A stretch of DNA of 64,000 bases from Octopus sinensis. Its lineage: Eukaryota. Under the pieces are notes generated by a model. The model was given only the letters and a program-made list of their open reading frames with translations, was not told where the DNA came from and did no database searches. Position numbers and translations under genes: made by a program. The DNA lies in contig NC_042997.1 in assembly GCF_006345805.1 (NCBI RefSeq), positions 86,304,001 to 86,368,000 on the forward strand, given 5' to 3'. Shown piece by piece: positions 1 to 14,121 of the stretch; within the stretch, counting starts at the first letter, position 1, and every line of letters begins with the position of its first letter.

Positions 1-3000
1 GTTTGTGTGCATGTGTGTGTAGAATGTACATAGTTGAGCACTTAACACTCTTGAAGCCAAGGTTGTTAAGTTTGGGGTTCACTCCTGGAACAAGTAGCCT
101 GTTGTCTTTGAGTAAGTTGCTTCATTTCACATTGTCTTTGCACTACCCACACGTCCTTCTATATCATTTTTCTCTTTTTCTTCCTATCTACCTACCTCTC
201 TTACCTGATTCTCCTCCACCTTGCCCATCACATCTTTTGTCACTCTTTCACTCTCTCCCATATTGCACACCCTCTTTCCCTATTTTACCTACATACTACT
301 GTCTCTCTTGTACATGAACACTTCAACCACCATAAAAGGAATCATGCACTTCCTTTCAGGGGCAGAGAACAGATCTCAAACACCAACTCATCCAACACTA
401 GAAACTCACTGCCACAATTATCAATGTTGGTACAATTTAAAGTAGATCTGGTGAGATTACGGAAGTACTATAAATTGGAGACGATTTGATGTGTGGTGTA
501 TGCGAGAAGCGGCAGAATATAGATGACTGAGGATTGCAGAAACAATTTTAAACTGGGTTAATATGGAGAAAGGATATTAAAACAGGGACGAAAGTAACAA
601 CAATTCAAATGATAAAAGTGCCAACAATAATGATGGTGATGATAATTGTGTTGGTTGTGGTGGTGGTGACGGCAACGGTGCATATTCTTATAAATACTTT
701 TTTTTTCTTTTCAGTGTTTTATATTTTCAGTGCTTGAAAAGGTAAGGTGGTTCTTTTCATTGAAGTATTTCTTTTAACATTTGGATACCCTTTTATATTG
801 TTAAGGATACAAAGAAAGAAAACCAAAACCTTGTTTGCAATGAGGTGAAGGTTAATGTAAAGTTAACCGGTATCTAATTGGTCTAACAGGTTACCCAGTT
901 TAACAACATCATCTAGTTATTCTTTATCAGAGGTTCTCAGCTTGGGTTCATATAACATTTAGATGTTAAAAATTGTGCAATAAATTGGTTGTATTTCTAC
1001 AATACACAAGATATTTTACCATTTTTTTTGGTACAATTCCTAATAGTATTTAATTATAAAAATATAATGGGACTTTTCAAAACATCGAATGGCTTTGGAA
1101 CTCCAGGAGAGTAAAATAGGAATCAAAGGAGTCCACAAACAAAAAAAAATGATTAAAAGCCACTGTTCCATAACTTTACTGTTTGTGAGTAGGCCTTGAA
1201 GGAGCATGTACACAGGTAATCTCCAATGTGATATGCTAATTCTAAGTCTTGTGGCAAATATAAAAATCAATTCTAAGTCTATGCGACTCAGTGCCAATTC
1301 TGTTCCACACGAGACTGAACAGATTTCAATCGAGCATTATGCAATATCAGACGCGCTGAATGTCCACTATCAATATATCCCATAACAGACATTTTTTTCG
1401 TATTGTCATATGAAAAATAAAAGTTACTCTGTCCGTTAGTAGCTAGCCTTCAGTTTCTTGTATCAAGCCTAAAGGTTCAAGAATTGATGGAATATTAATG
1501 CGACTTACTATAGATAAAATGCAAATCTAAGATAATGGATAAAATGGACATACAATAGCAAATCGGCTTAATGTAATAAACAACCATAAAGATATGCCTT
1601 TACATAATCAATACTTCTCTGACTCTAACCTAAATATTGTCATGTATCTTGAATATTAACTCAGGTCAATCAGAAATTTATGGGGAAAGAAATTTATGGG
1701 GAAAGACACAAAGAGAAACGTTGAATAATGGGTATCAACGATGTGTGTGTGTATGTGTATGCGTGTGTGTGTGTGTGTGTGTGTGAATACTGACGCATCT
1801 ACGTATGAATACTTGCAAGCACGCACACGCACAAAGGTGGGGGAGAGAGAGAGAGAGCGTATGTGTGTATGTCTTAGAATATGTTACGAATGTACACGCG
1901 ACGAGAAAATTCTTAACCACAACCCACAGAATTTAGTTCAGATTGCGATGTGTTTCGTGATTATAGAGAGTCCAAAGTTAATTTTGTGGTTGAAAAATAA
2001 CTTAGTTGTCTATCTACTAAACTGGTCAGTGAAATATCTCAGTGTTTGAAACATTTCAAAATTGAAACGCAACATTTTTCTCTTTGAGCAAACTTATTTG
2101 TGTTATTTACATAATGTATTAATAATAAACAGAATATGACGTCATAATGAAATATTTCTCTGTCTTAAATACCTAGATTCAAGAATGTTTAGACAAAATA
2201 ATATTCTGGTCATTAGAACGTAATTCATCATCATTTGGTGCCCCCACCCCGCCAACTGAGACAGACCATTATTGTACAGGTCTCGTAACTCGTATCCTGA
2301 ATCGGTAGTAATATAAACGTAGCTATTTACATGTGTACAAAAGTATGTGGTGTGAGAAAGAGAGTGTATGTGTGTTACTGCATGTTTTTCTTTGGGTGTG
2401 TATATGTCTGACATAACCAAAGTTACTTTGATGAACATGGATATAATGCACAAGACATAGTCAATGTAATTCCAGTGTTGGTGTCTTGCAAACCGTGGAA
2501 AATATGAAATATAAACAAAGCCGAACTTTAGAAAATGTATTATTATTGTCATAAAAGAAACATTTAAAAGAAGAAAATCTTCCGCATCTTTCTCTTTGAG
2601 CAAACTATATTTGTCTATTTAAATGATATATCAATATTGAATAGAATGCTAATTACATGACGTCATAACGGAATACCTCTCCGTCTGGAAGGATAAGATT
2701 CGAGTTATTTCAGATATACAAACTGTTTTAGTTGTTCGACCGAAAATTGTCTTCATCATTTGCCGACCCCAGCCGAGATAGACCTTACAACTCCTCCCCA
2801 AAGCTTACGATCTTTCATCATCACACAAAGCTCCCGCACTCATTATCACACCAAGGTCACTCATTCAAATCTCTGATATATATAAATAACAGAGATCCCG
2901 ACTTTTCCAAAAGATACCTAACTGAGATTTCCAAAGGTCAAATGATGACGCTAGATCATTACTTGCTCTATCGATGTTGCCTCACAATAATTTCAAAATG

Positions 3001-5092
3001 CTTGGAAATTCACGTATGCGGAAGGTCTGAAATTTGTTAGAGATGAGAAGCGTTTGAGATTAAATAAAATGGTTCCCTTGTGTATAAATGAAACAAAGCA
3101 AGACAAATAAAACAGCTACAGCTCATAGCCGAAGCCAGTGATTTTTAGTCATGAGCCAGGATAGAGAGGGAGCTCCTATAAATTTAATTGCCAGATGTAC
3201 GGTCACCAGGACAAAATACTCATGTCATTTTTTAAAACCATACTACAGTTTATTACAATGTATTATCTAGCTTATGCAACTGGGATAAAATAGTCACATA
3301 GAAATATAGGCATTCGGGAAAAGCCTATTCTTGATACACACTAGCTTCTTGCTATATTCCTAGTAAATATATGTATGAAAGGCCGGGCGGGCGGGCGGAT
3401 GGATGGATGGATATCTGTTAGACTAGTCTTCTTTTTTATTTCCTGTTCTGTTGGATTTCAAGAAACGCTTACCAAGCTAGCCGAGTAGTCACCGGTTTGC
3501 TCCCAACGTTCTGACCGTGTCAAAATTTACTGGATTGCATCTTACTATTAGCACTCACAGATGATCCGATATGTAAACAGAGGAACTTAGCATACTTCAG
3601 TTGACAATCTAGTCAATAGTAGGCAGATACTTAGAAATACTCAAGTTGGTGAACGGGTTTGCTGTAAGTCGAGCGTAAGTGATGAGTAGATTTGTGTTCT
3701 TTGCCCTATGAGGAATGCATCTAGATAGCCACTTCGAATAAAAGCCTGGTAGGTAAAATCAATATCATCTTCGATTTGCAAACATTGGAAATCCTAATGA
3801 TGTTAGCATTTCTTTGTTTTTGATAATTTTTTCGTATGAACAAGACAATGTGGTGCCGAACAAACCATATTTTATTTTTAATATTGATGTTTTAGACTTA
3901 ATCTATCCACAGGTGTTGCTTGTTAACATAAGACTTTTCGTCGTTCTTGATTCCTCTTACCATTCCTAAATCTTAAGTCTTCTCTTCGCCCTCTCTGCAC
4001 TCTTTCCCAGTAACCTCTCTATATTATTCTATGATTTCTGTCCGTCTTGACATATCAAAATCCGGTTCGATAATAAAATAATTAAAGAAGCATTTAATCT
4101 TATATAGGGGAAAACCCTTATCCAAAATATATCGTTACATACATTTTACAAAGTAACCAACATTTTGCAAAGAAATTGAGGAATACGGTTATTAATGTTG
4201 GCATATTATCAATAGTTCGAAAAACTTCGAATCGAAACAAAGCCTTAGCACATATTTTACGAAGTTTAGGATATTATATAGTTCTATTTTATTATTATTA
4301 TTATTATTCTACCGTCTTTTGCAAAAGTTAGTTATTGTTTATCTGATGCAAAGCATTGCCAAATGTTTTATTGTCTATGTGTGTATTTAAGTATGTGTAG
4401 TTGTATATATTTTCTATGGTGAGCATTCACGTTTGTTTGTGAACCTATGTGATTGGTGTTTGCATGTCTGCTAACATAACGTCCAGCTTTTTTTTTCTTT
4501 TATTGTTAGAGTTACTCCCCTTAACGCTACACCATTTTTATGAGTGTAGGAATGCTGTTAGAAAGATGCTAACTTCATGATGTTATAACGCAATATTTTT
4601 GTTTGAGAAGACTAGACTTCAGTCAATTTGGTTATAGAAATATTTTAATGACCAGAACAAAATTCATAATCATCACTTGTGAACACCAGTCAAAACATAT
4701 CTCACAACTCCTCCCTACAGCTCCACCGTTCTTCATTCCCATACAAAGGTTTCATATATTATCTTCATGACTACAAGAAAGTCTCATACTCGGATTTCAT
4801 GCAATGATATCTAGTCAGCTGATTTTTTTTTTTTTTTTCGAACCAACTCCCTGGCCGAGTTCTCTGAAAGACAGGTATAATTGATAGATTGTTTTTTGCC
4901 TTGTAAATTCTCCTCTGCGAGATGCCTAAAGTCTCACGAAATGCTTTATACACGAGATATGAAATATTTATAAGATATGAATAAATAACTGGAAGGGATG
5001 AATGGTATATGAAATTAATATCAATATTCCATTATGGGGAAATTAAAATATAATAGCAACAGCCTGAAGTGATTCCCTATAAAGAGTCATAA

Positions 5093-5350
5093 TGTAGTGA
5101 AGGATTCGTGACAGACGAACTGTAGACAGATACTTCACTGCGGACTAGCTAGGAAGTTGGTCAGCAGGAAGAAAAAGGATTTCCGACTGGGGAACGAAAA
5201 TAGAAGAATGTCTGCAGCGAGCGTGGAACGAATCTGAGTGAACTGTACAAAAATAACAGTCGACTTAAGCCCTATTGTACATAAAGTAATAAACCTTTGG
5301 TAAATGTATTCTCGTCTCCGCTAGTTTGTGTATAGCTTAACAAAGCTATA
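5093..5350 (+). mobile_element. Solo LTR of the same family as 25345
   Basis: Shares tgtag..gaaggattcgtgacaga and cttaagccctatt...aagtaataaacctttggtaaatgtattctcgtctcc...gtgtatagcttaacaaagctata with 25345-25490. No internal sequence follows. Confidence 0.8.
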
Positions 5351-5853
5351 ATAGCTCATTTTTTAAGGACCACATGGAAAATTAAATTATTTGGGTTTCC
5401 GTCCAAGTTTCTGAGGGAGATACTAATAAATTCAACTTTCGGATGTTCATTCTCTGGTTGTCGTTCCTGATTCTCTTCTCTATTCCTAATTCTTACTTTT
5501 TATCATTGTACAATTTTACCAAAGGCCCCGTGACCAGTCATAATGAAATTAAGTATCATTTGATGTTATATAATTAGCAAAACATCGTATCAAGGATTAA
5601 CCGTTAAATCGTTATTCATATTTTACGAATAAGGTTAGGAAGAGTTTATTAATATATAAATAGTTGGGGAAATTCCATATTCTGTATATGTCGTTTCATA
5701 TATTTTGAATACAAAAATTACTAATATGGAAAATAGTAAATATCATATGGGCTTATTTTTCTGTTATTCATTTCTCTTTTGCTAGAGTTAGTTCTTGTTT
5801 ACATGTTACTAAATGTTACAATACATTTTAAAATATGGGTATATATATATATT

Positions 5854-6745
5854 TGTAGAGCGACCGTACGGAAAGGAGATAGTGACGAATGTCTCCTTTT
5901 TGAACGCCGCACGGTCGCCTTACAAAAGAAGTCAAAATAAGTACCAAAAGGAATAAAGAGAGAAACACAACCGTATAATGTAAGAGAGAAAAGGTTTTAC
6001 TTCGATGTGTTCGTGTCTTTAAGAGTGTGTGTGCGCTATAAGTGTGTACAAACAAAGGTGTATGCGCGCTAGGAATAGATCAGACAAGATGTAAATAAAT
6101 ACCAGTTCGTAAGATACACAATAGTTAGTTCTGTAACAAGAGGTTGGTGGTCACAAGGCAGATGCCGGTTGAACACATGTCGTGTAGCGGTTGTGGTTTC
6201 AATGTTGTGCCGAGTTACTTGGTACAGGAAGTTCTCGCAGGTAGAGCTAAGCTGTTAACCTTGGTGAGTATTCACAAACAGCGTGAAGTTTAAACCTGGT
6301 CGATGTTGCTGTTGATGTGTGCGTAGACGTTATTGGTAGTTTCAGTAAGCTGAAAGGTGACGGTGGTGGAAGGCGACATTACGGTGAAGGCAACGGTGGT
6401 GAAAGATCCTGAAATGCTGCGGTAGTGTTGGTGTCGTCGCTGTCTGTCGCTGGAACATGGCTGAGTCGCTGTAACTGGCTGTCTGCTCTGTGGTCAGAGG
6501 TTAGTCCTAAGAAGGACTAGAACCAAAGACGAATAATGGTTTGTCGTGACTAGCTATTAAAGGGTTTAGGTGGCTCAAACAAGGCATTAGAAAAACAGTG
6601 TAACGGGACCTTATCAGAAGGTTGCGATTGGTTGGTTTACACATCAGCGCGAAATAAAGCAAGAGACAAAACTGTACCAAAAGCAACCAATCAGAGCAGC
6701 GGACACAACTGGTCCTAAGCACCGAAGGATAGCTGTTATCTGACA
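5854..6745 (-). mobile_element. Probable solo LTR (~0.9 kb), copy 1
   Basis: Homologous over its whole length to 17880-18837. The minus strand starts TGTCAG, ends CTCTACA and carries CCAAT boxes. No TSD was recognised. Confidence 0.65.
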
Positions 6746-7507
6746 CGTCCTTACTTTTATGATGTCTGTCAAAGAGGGATAATGTATTTCACTAAACACT
6801 ACATATTCATGTAAGTTTGTGTAGTTGTGTTTGATGTTGTAAGCATTCCCTATGTGAGTGTATTTATATAGAAGTGTTTGTGCATGTGGTATATGTGAGT
6901 GCTTGTGTATGCGTTTGTTTGTGCGTATTTATTTATGTATGTTCTTATACCTAGGTATACACCAGGAAAATATCTTAACTGGATATTTCACAAAATTTAG
7001 TTATGATTCTGTGGTGTTTTGAGATTATGGAACGTGAGAATTAAATAGTGTGTTTGCTGTGGTTAGCGTTCACCAATGTTTGTAAGTGTATTTATATACA
7101 GGAGTGTGCATTTCTGATATGGGGAAGGAGTGTGTGTGTGTGTGTGTGAGGCAGGGGTTTACGTTCCTGTACATATGTATACCTAAAGAAAATGTCCTGG
7201 TCCGGTTGTCACACAATTTGCATAATTTTTGATTTCCGGGATATAGAACACTTGTATCTTATTTAGTTATTGTAGACTCCCTGCGATGTCCATTTACCAT
7301 ACTGGTCGATGAAATATCTCAAATGTTGCCTCATATTTAATATACAGAACAGTTCATGTGATTCTTATGCTGGCGATTGATCAAGCTTTCAAGTTATGAA
7401 AGATGAACCAAGAAATTTCAGTAACAAAAATGTGACCATCATTACGTCATAATAGAAACATTTCAAAAGCGACAACCCTCGACATCTTTCTCTTTACGTA
7501 AAACCTC

Positions 7508-7568
<61 letters not shown>

Positions 7569-7619
7569 AAGAAAGAAAAACAAAGAAAATAATGAACCTC
7601 CGATCTTTAAATCTCTCTT

Positions 7620-8239
7620 GGGAAAACTCACGAAAGGACATCTGTGAAATTTCTAACTAGTTACTTCTCAATACTACACACGATCAATTATATGTTACCC
7701 ACACTAGAGTAGGGAATTCATCAGACGTAAAGATTTTTGCTGGTCGAAGTCAATTTACTCTACCAACAGAATTTCAGGAATTGAAATGAAAACTGCTAAA
7801 TTCACTAAAAATGTTGGTTTCCAATTGTGACACAAGGGCAGCAAGTTTGGGGGAGGAGCTTAGTTAATTAAATCGTCCCCAGTGTTCAACTGGTACTTAC
7901 CTTATTGGACCCGAAAGGAAAAGACAACCACTATGGAATTTGAACTCAGAACGTAAAGACGGACGAAACACGATTAAGTATTGTGCTCAGAGTGTTAACT
8001 ATTCTGCCAGCTCGCTGCCTTAATATTCACTGACAATGTTATAAATACAAACATTGTTTGCTTGTCAGAATGTCTACTATTAAATAACTAAGAGTTAATA
8101 TGTATTTTGGTTTATTAAATGTTTCTTTTATTTCAATATTGTTTTACATTCTTTTACTAAATTCTTTGTTGATTGTATGCCCATATTTCAATGAAACAAA
8201 GCATCATTTATTCCGGGTATAAAACAAGTCATGCACTAG
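7620..8239 (+). mobile_element. Helitron helicase C-terminus plus candidate 3' end (module I)
   Basis: 7675-7730 translates THDQLYVTHTRVGNSSDVK (PIF1 motif VI, HGQLYVALSRV). It ends ttccgggtataaaacaagtcatgcaCTAG|t, with CTAG at 8236-8239. Confidence 0.7.
7812..8021 (-). mobile_element. tRNA-derived SINE, family S1 (aaggcggcgagctggcagaa head)
   Basis: Reverse complement of the family head and body; diverged. Confidence 0.8.
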
Positions 8240-8419
8240 TACAATAAAACATGTCATATTGAATTGTCTTTTCCATAAGTTAATTTTGTTTTTATGTTGC
8301 TAAGCATTTGCTAAACGTTCTAATGTAAGTATTCATGTGTGCGTACGTGTGTTTGTTGCTGTGAATGTTCACTCGTAAATGTGAGAGTATTTATGTGTCG
8401 TGATGTGCGTGATTGTACA

Positions 8420-8465
<46 letters not shown>

Positions 8466-8551
8466 CGTGCGAAAGCGCACGTGAAAGAGCAACCAACGGC
8501 TACTTCCTAACTCGTCGAGTTATTTCCCTTAGCTGTACGCATTTTTACGAA

Positions 8552-8958
8552 TCTTTTACCTCCTTCGGTCATTAGACTGCGGCCATGCTTGGGTACCACC
8601 TTGGTGGACTTTTAGTCGAATGAATCGATCTCAGTACTTATTCTATTTTTAAGCCTGGTACTTACTCAATCGGACTGTTTTACCGAACCGCTAAGTTACG
8701 GGGACGTAAGCATCGCAACATCGGTTGTCAAGCGGTGTTGGTGGGGACAAACACGGGTACAAAGACATTCACACACACATAACACACATATAGCACGTGC
8801 TCCTTTAAGTTTCCGCCTACGAAATCCACTCATAAGGCTTTGGTTGGAACCGGAGGTTATAGTAGAAGGCACTTACCCAAAGTGTCACGCAGTGAGACTG
8901 AATCTGGAACCATGTCGTTGGGAAGCAAGCTTCTTGACACACAGCTACGCCTTGCGTC
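8552..8958 (-). mobile_element. tRNA-derived SINE, family S2 (ggcgcaggagtggctgtgtggtaag head)
   Basis: Full length; matches the copies at 34297, 49094 and 50554. Confidence 0.85.
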
Positions 8959-9121
8959 TCTATTAAATTTTTGATGTTGATCGCATGAAGTCCTGACAAT
9001 ATTTCCCCATCTGAACAGGCTAGGTTCTAGTTTATTTCAAACAAGAATATATTTTAATCGTCATCATAAATTCCCTGAATCAAATTTCTGTCAGTGAAAG
9101 CACATTTGACTATTCATGCTA

Positions 9122-10375
9122 TTAGGTCGTCAAGTATGAAATTTGTATTAAGGTATATGGTAAACTTTGACAGCTGCTCATTTTGCGCCATTATTATTTT
9201 TTGACAATTTTTTTTAGAAAGCTGACACTTCTATTTCTTTATTCTAACTCATTTTGTGCTTTGTAAAGTATTCATAAATCATCCTTTGCTATTTTTGTTT
9301 AGAGATGGATAAGTCGGGAATTCGTACAGTTTTGAAATATGAGTTCTTTCTTGGAAATACAGCATCACAGACAGCTCAGAATATTAATGGAGTATTTCAT
9401 TCTAATGTTACACAGCAGACAGTATCAAATTGGTTTGCAAAATTTCGTTCTGGTAACTTTGACCTCACAAATGAGTAACGCGGTCGACCAGAAGCAAAGG
9501 AGGATAATGACGAACTGAAAACCACCGCCGAGTCAGATCCATCTCAAAGTGCCCGTGAATTATCGTTGTTGTTTGGATGTTAGCAAGCAAACAATATTGA
9601 CTCATCTAGTTCAAATTTGTAAAGTGAAAAAGTTGCATATAAGTGGGTTCCACATGAACTCAATGAAAATCAGGAATAGCAACGTTTGGAAGCCTGCATT
9701 AAGCTACTTTCTCGTCACAAAAATGAATCATCTTTTAATCGAATTGTAACATGTGATGAGAAATGGATCCAATACAATAACCATAAATGCTCAGCACAAT
9801 GGTTAGACAAAGACAAGCCACAAAAACACAGTCCAAAAAGCAAAATTCAACAAAAGAAGCTGACGGTGTGTGTTTGATGGTCTGGTGCAGGTGTCATCCA
9901 TCATGATTTCGTTAAACCTAGCTCATCAATCTCGGCCAAAGTATACTGCTGGTAATTGGAACAAATGATGTAGAGACTTACAAAATAACAGCCCAGATTA
10001 GTCAACAGATCCATTCCTATGTTGTTGCAAGACAACGCTAGACCACACCTCGCAAAAATGACATTGGCGAAACTACAGGAGTTGGAGTTGGAAGTTCTCC
10101 ATCATCCATCATACTCACCTAATCTTGCACCCACTGACTACCACTTCTTCCAGAATTTGGATATCCGACGATGCTGTAAAACAGGCCTTCCAAGGTTTTA
10201 TTGACTCTAGATTGCCAGGCTTTTACAGTTCCAGGTTGGACAAGCTACTGCTGAAATGGCAAAAGTGTATTGACAATATGGGTGCATACTTTGAAGAATA
10301 AAACTATTCCTTGTATTTATAAAACATTAGCAAACCTTTTCTCCTTTTTTACAAGTTTCATGCTTGACGAACTAT
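9122..10375 (+). mobile_element. Full-length inactive mariner (D,D34D; Hsmar1/SETMAR-like)
   Basis: TIRs are ttaggtcgtcaagtatgaaatttgt and acaagtttcatgcttgacgaactat, flanked by TA. The broken transposase 9305-10301 has MDKSGIRTVLKYEF, RGRP, WVPHEL, IVTCDEKWIQY, LQDNARPH and HPSYSPNLAPTDYHFF, with several stops and frameshifts. Confidence 0.95.
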
Positions 10376-10559
10376 TATACATGAACATTCAAATTTAAAA
10401 AAAAAACAATTGCTCACTTCTGGAAATTCTACGGCCCATATATATGATAAAGCGTCAGCCATAAACATTTCCCCAATCGATAATGATATCCTTTCATTTC
10501 ATTCATGATGCTTTCAGCTATCTCTTGCTGTTTATATAAAAGTATTGCATTGAGTTTAG

Positions 10560-11470
10560 ACAGACTACTTTGCCATATCTGGTAACTTATCTTTGCGGTT
10601 TTGGCAGTAGTTTCACCGTGTTATTGATGGAGGCGTAATGGCCCAGTGGTTAAGGCAGCGGACTCGCGGTCGAAGGATTGCGGTTTCGATTCCCAGACTG
10701 GGCGTTGTGTGTCTTTATTGAGCGAAAACACCTAAAGCTCCACGAGGCTCCGGCAGGGGGTGATGGTGGCGATCCCTGTTGTACTCTTTCGCCCCAACTT
10801 TCTCTCACTCTTTCTTCCTGCTTCTTGAGGAACGCTGGGGGGAACACATACGCCATAGAAACCGGGAAACCGGGCCCATGAGCTTGGCTAGGGCGAAAGA
10901 AGAACCATGTTATTGCAGAGCACTACGATAAGGATAAGTTGCATTCATTGCTTCAGTACTGAATGGCATCTCGTGATTATTTGCTGCTATTTTTCGTACT
11001 GTTGCATGATAACGCGCCTTTTCTAAACATCCTTGTCTCTCCTCTTCATTCATATTTCCTCTCTAAGCCTGAAATATGTTCTATATTTGCTCTCAGCATT
11101 CTTGTCTATTCTCCTCGGTAATGTTTTCTCTTCTCGCTTGTTCTCTTATTCTTACTTGTGCTAAGTATTCTTGCCTATCATCATCGTTCATATTTGGCTT
11201 TCTTTCTTGGTTAGCATTTCTCACTCTTTCCTTAATTGGCCTTATCCTCCTCATTCATCATACGACACATTTTAGCTGCATTTCTAGTATGAAGTTTGTT
11301 CTTTCTTCCATAGTTGATATCTCCCATAGTTCTTGATTCATCGCTGTATTCCTAATTCCTATATTTTTGTCCTCTCCGCAATCTTTCTTTGTGCCTTCAC
11401 ATCTTCATTCAGTTCTCTTGCTCTCTTGCAGTATTCTTGTTACCCATAACACACCAAACTCTGTTTCGGT
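10560..11470 (-). pseudogene. Helitron N-terminal module copy, split by a SINE at 10627-10904
   Basis: Aligns by eye with 60830-61480 (ccacgataaggat...atttgctgctatttttcgtact...ttctcttcggtaatgtttt). It contains many stops. Confidence 0.7.
10627..10904 (+). mobile_element. tRNA-derived SINE, family S3
   Basis: Head ggaggcgtaatggcccagtggttaagg (A box) ... ggtttcgattccc (B box). Approximate TSD ccgtgttattg/ccatgttattg. Confidence 0.85.
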
Positions 11471-11509
11471 AATAAAACATTGAACAAGTAGTTAATATAA
11501 TATGGCTAG

Positions 11510-11697
11510 TATTGGGGTCGGCAAAATGTTTAGCAGCATTCGTCCGTCATTACATTGAGTTCAAATACCGCTGAGGTTGACTTTGTCTTTCAATCTTTCG
11601 GGGTTGATAAAATAAGGACCAGCTGAGCATTGGCGTCAATCTGATCGACATATCCCCTTCCCCGAAATTTCTTGCATTATGCCAAAATTTGAGACCA
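11510..11697 (+). mobile_element. SINE S1, diverged
   Basis: ttgagttcaaataccgctgaggttgactttgtctttcaatctttcggggttgataaaataag. Confidence 0.75.
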
Positions 11698-12249
11698 ATA
11701 TTATATGGCTGGTATCCAGGTTATAATTGGGAATTTTTCCGTAAACATTTAGGAAGAGTTGCTAATATATAGAAAGTTGGAAAATTTCTTTTATTTTGCT
11801 TTTTTCCTCTTTTTTCACAACTGTTACTTCTTGTTTATATGTAACTAAGCGTTGCAAAACATTTCAAAGTATGTGCATGTATTCATAAAAGTCTGTACAG
11901 TTGTATGTTTGCTGTGGTGAGCGTTCACTTATGTATATATACATTTATTCGTGTGTATATATGTATGCATGTGTCTGTGTGTGCGTTTGTATGTTGTGTG
12001 TGTATCTAGACTCACTTCGATATCGATCCACCATATTAGTGAAAAATGTAAAGTTGTTGCCAGGGGTTTAATCCATGCAATTTTATTGGTGATATTTGAT
12101 TAAGCATTGAAGATATGAAAGATGAACGAGCAAGTTTGAATTATAAAAATGTGACCGTTTATTTCGTCATAACAAACACAACAAACTCGATATCTTCTCT
12201 CCAAGTAGAAGACATAATCGTTAAAATTCAATCGCCCGTATTTGAGACA

Positions 12250-12850
12250 AAGTGTAAGCCTTAAGGCTAGACAAACGAGCTTACCTGCCATTTTGACAAC
12301 ACTTTCAAGCTTCACTGCCGATCCGCAAAGCACCACGATAAGGATGTGTTATTTTCGTTGCTGCAATACTAAAAGGCACCTCGTGATTATTTGCTTATTT
12401 TTCGTACTCTTGCGTGATAATGCGCCATTTCTTAATATCCTTGTGTATCCTCTTCAGATTTTCGTCTCGAAGCCCGAAATCTGCCCCATATCTGTTCTTG
12501 GTATTCTAGTCTATTTTCTTCGTTAATGTTTTAGCTTTTAGCCTGTTCTCTCATTCTTGTTTGTGCTTTCCTAACATCTCTGTTCATATTCTGCATCCTT
12601 TCTTGGTTGGCAAAACACATTTTTTTTCCATATTAGCTTCAGCTTCCTCATTCATCAAACAGCATATTCTAGTTGCATTTCTTTCATATATTTTCTTCTC
12701 CTCTTCAATTAGAGCTTCTCGTCGTCTCATTCCTAAAATAACTACCAGATGAGCACTATTTCCCTGTATCATCTCTGCCTCTTTCGATTCAATATTTGCT
12801 GCAATACGATCATTATCCCCCATCAGACACCTAACTCTGGGTCGATAATA
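12250..12850 (-). pseudogene. Helitron N-terminal module copy
   Basis: ORF 12584-12823(-) MGDNDRIAANIESKEAEMIQG...RRREALIEEEKKIYERNATRICCLMNEEAEAN is the upstream charged part of the same module. Confidence 0.7.
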
Positions 12851-12892
12851 AAATACATACGAAGCGACGATTGATGTTATTTCGTTGGTTAA

Positions 12893-13290
12893 AAGGCGGC
12901 GAGCTGGCAGAACCGTTAGTACACCGGCCGAAATGCTTAGCGGTATTTCGTCTGCCGCTACGTTCTGAGTTCAAATTCCGCCAAAGTCGACTTTGCCTTT
13001 CATCCTTTCGGGGTCGATTAAATAAGTATCAGTTACGCACTGGGGTCGATGTAATCGACTTAATCCGTTTGTCTGTCCTTGTTTGTCCCCTCTGTGTTTA
13101 GCCCCTTGTGGGTAGTAAAGAAATCGGTATTTCGTCTGCTGCTGCGTTCTGAGTTCAGATTCCGCCGAGGTCGACTTTATCTTTCATCCTTTCGGGGTCG
13201 ATAAATTAAGTACCAGTTGCGTACTAGAGTCGATCTAATAGACTGGTCCCCTCCCCCAAAATTTCGGGCCTTGTGCCTATAGTAGAAAGG
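12893..13290 (+). mobile_element. Two SINE S1 bodies in tandem (S1b plus 5'-truncated S1a)
   Basis: Both bodies are enclosed by one approximate TSD, gttatttcgttggttaaaa (12876) and gttatttagttggtaaaaa (13291). Confidence 0.85.
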
Positions 13291-14081
13291 GTTATTTAGT
13301 TGGTAAAAACCGTATTCAGGATATAACGTTACACGTATTTTACAAAGCAAGTTAGGAAGAGTTAATTAATATATAGGTTGTTGGAAAAACTTCATTAGAA
13401 ATTTGAAATCTAAAATGAAAAATGTTCGTGTCATGTGAGTTCTTTTTTTTTTTTTTTGTATTGTTATCATTTTTATTTTTCATTTCTCTTTTGCTAGAAT
13501 TCATTTTTGTTTATATGTTATTTAGCAATGCAAAACATTTTAAAGTGTGTATATACACATGTAAGTCTGTGTAGTTGTATTTGCACTTATGTATGTGAGT
13601 CTAATTCTGTACAACTGTTGTGTGAATGTTTGTGTATTATGTGTACGTGTATGCTTGTGTGTGATTGTATGCGTTTGTTTGTATGTTGTGTCTGTATGTG
13701 TCTGTGTATTTGTTTATATATGTTCGTACATGATCTTTTACATCTCTTTTCGCAAGAATATATCTTCACCATTACGAAAATGTAATCATCTACTACATAT
13801 AACAGAAACATTTCATAAGCGACAAGCATCAACAAATTTCTCTTTCCATAAAATACCTTTGAATATTTGCATATACATATGTACATGAGTGCATGTATGT
13901 ATATGTATGTGTATGCGTATATATGTACGTGTATATGAATGTAAGCATATGTATCATCATCATTGTCATCGTCATTTAACATTCGCTTTTCCATGCTGCA
14001 TGTGTGTGTATACATACATGCATACATACATGCATACATACATACATACATACATACATGTACTCATATATATGTATGTAT

Positions 14082-14121
<40 letters not shown>

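Noticed and set aside
1040-1297. 85 aa ORF in non-array DNA
   Set aside because: It has no recognisable motif or splice context and is of a length expected by chance.
3430-3790. Possible Penelope RT C-terminal remnant (EDDIDFTYQAFIRSGYL on the minus strand); similar faint signals at 21540-22050 and 31400-32100
   Set aside because: There is only one short motif in each case, which is too weak without a profile search.
10629-10705. tRNA-like sequences (also the heads at 14651, 49094 and 58630)
   Set aside because: They have A/B boxes but continue into SINE bodies with tails or TSDs and give no convincing cloverleaf, so they are SINE heads and not tRNA genes.
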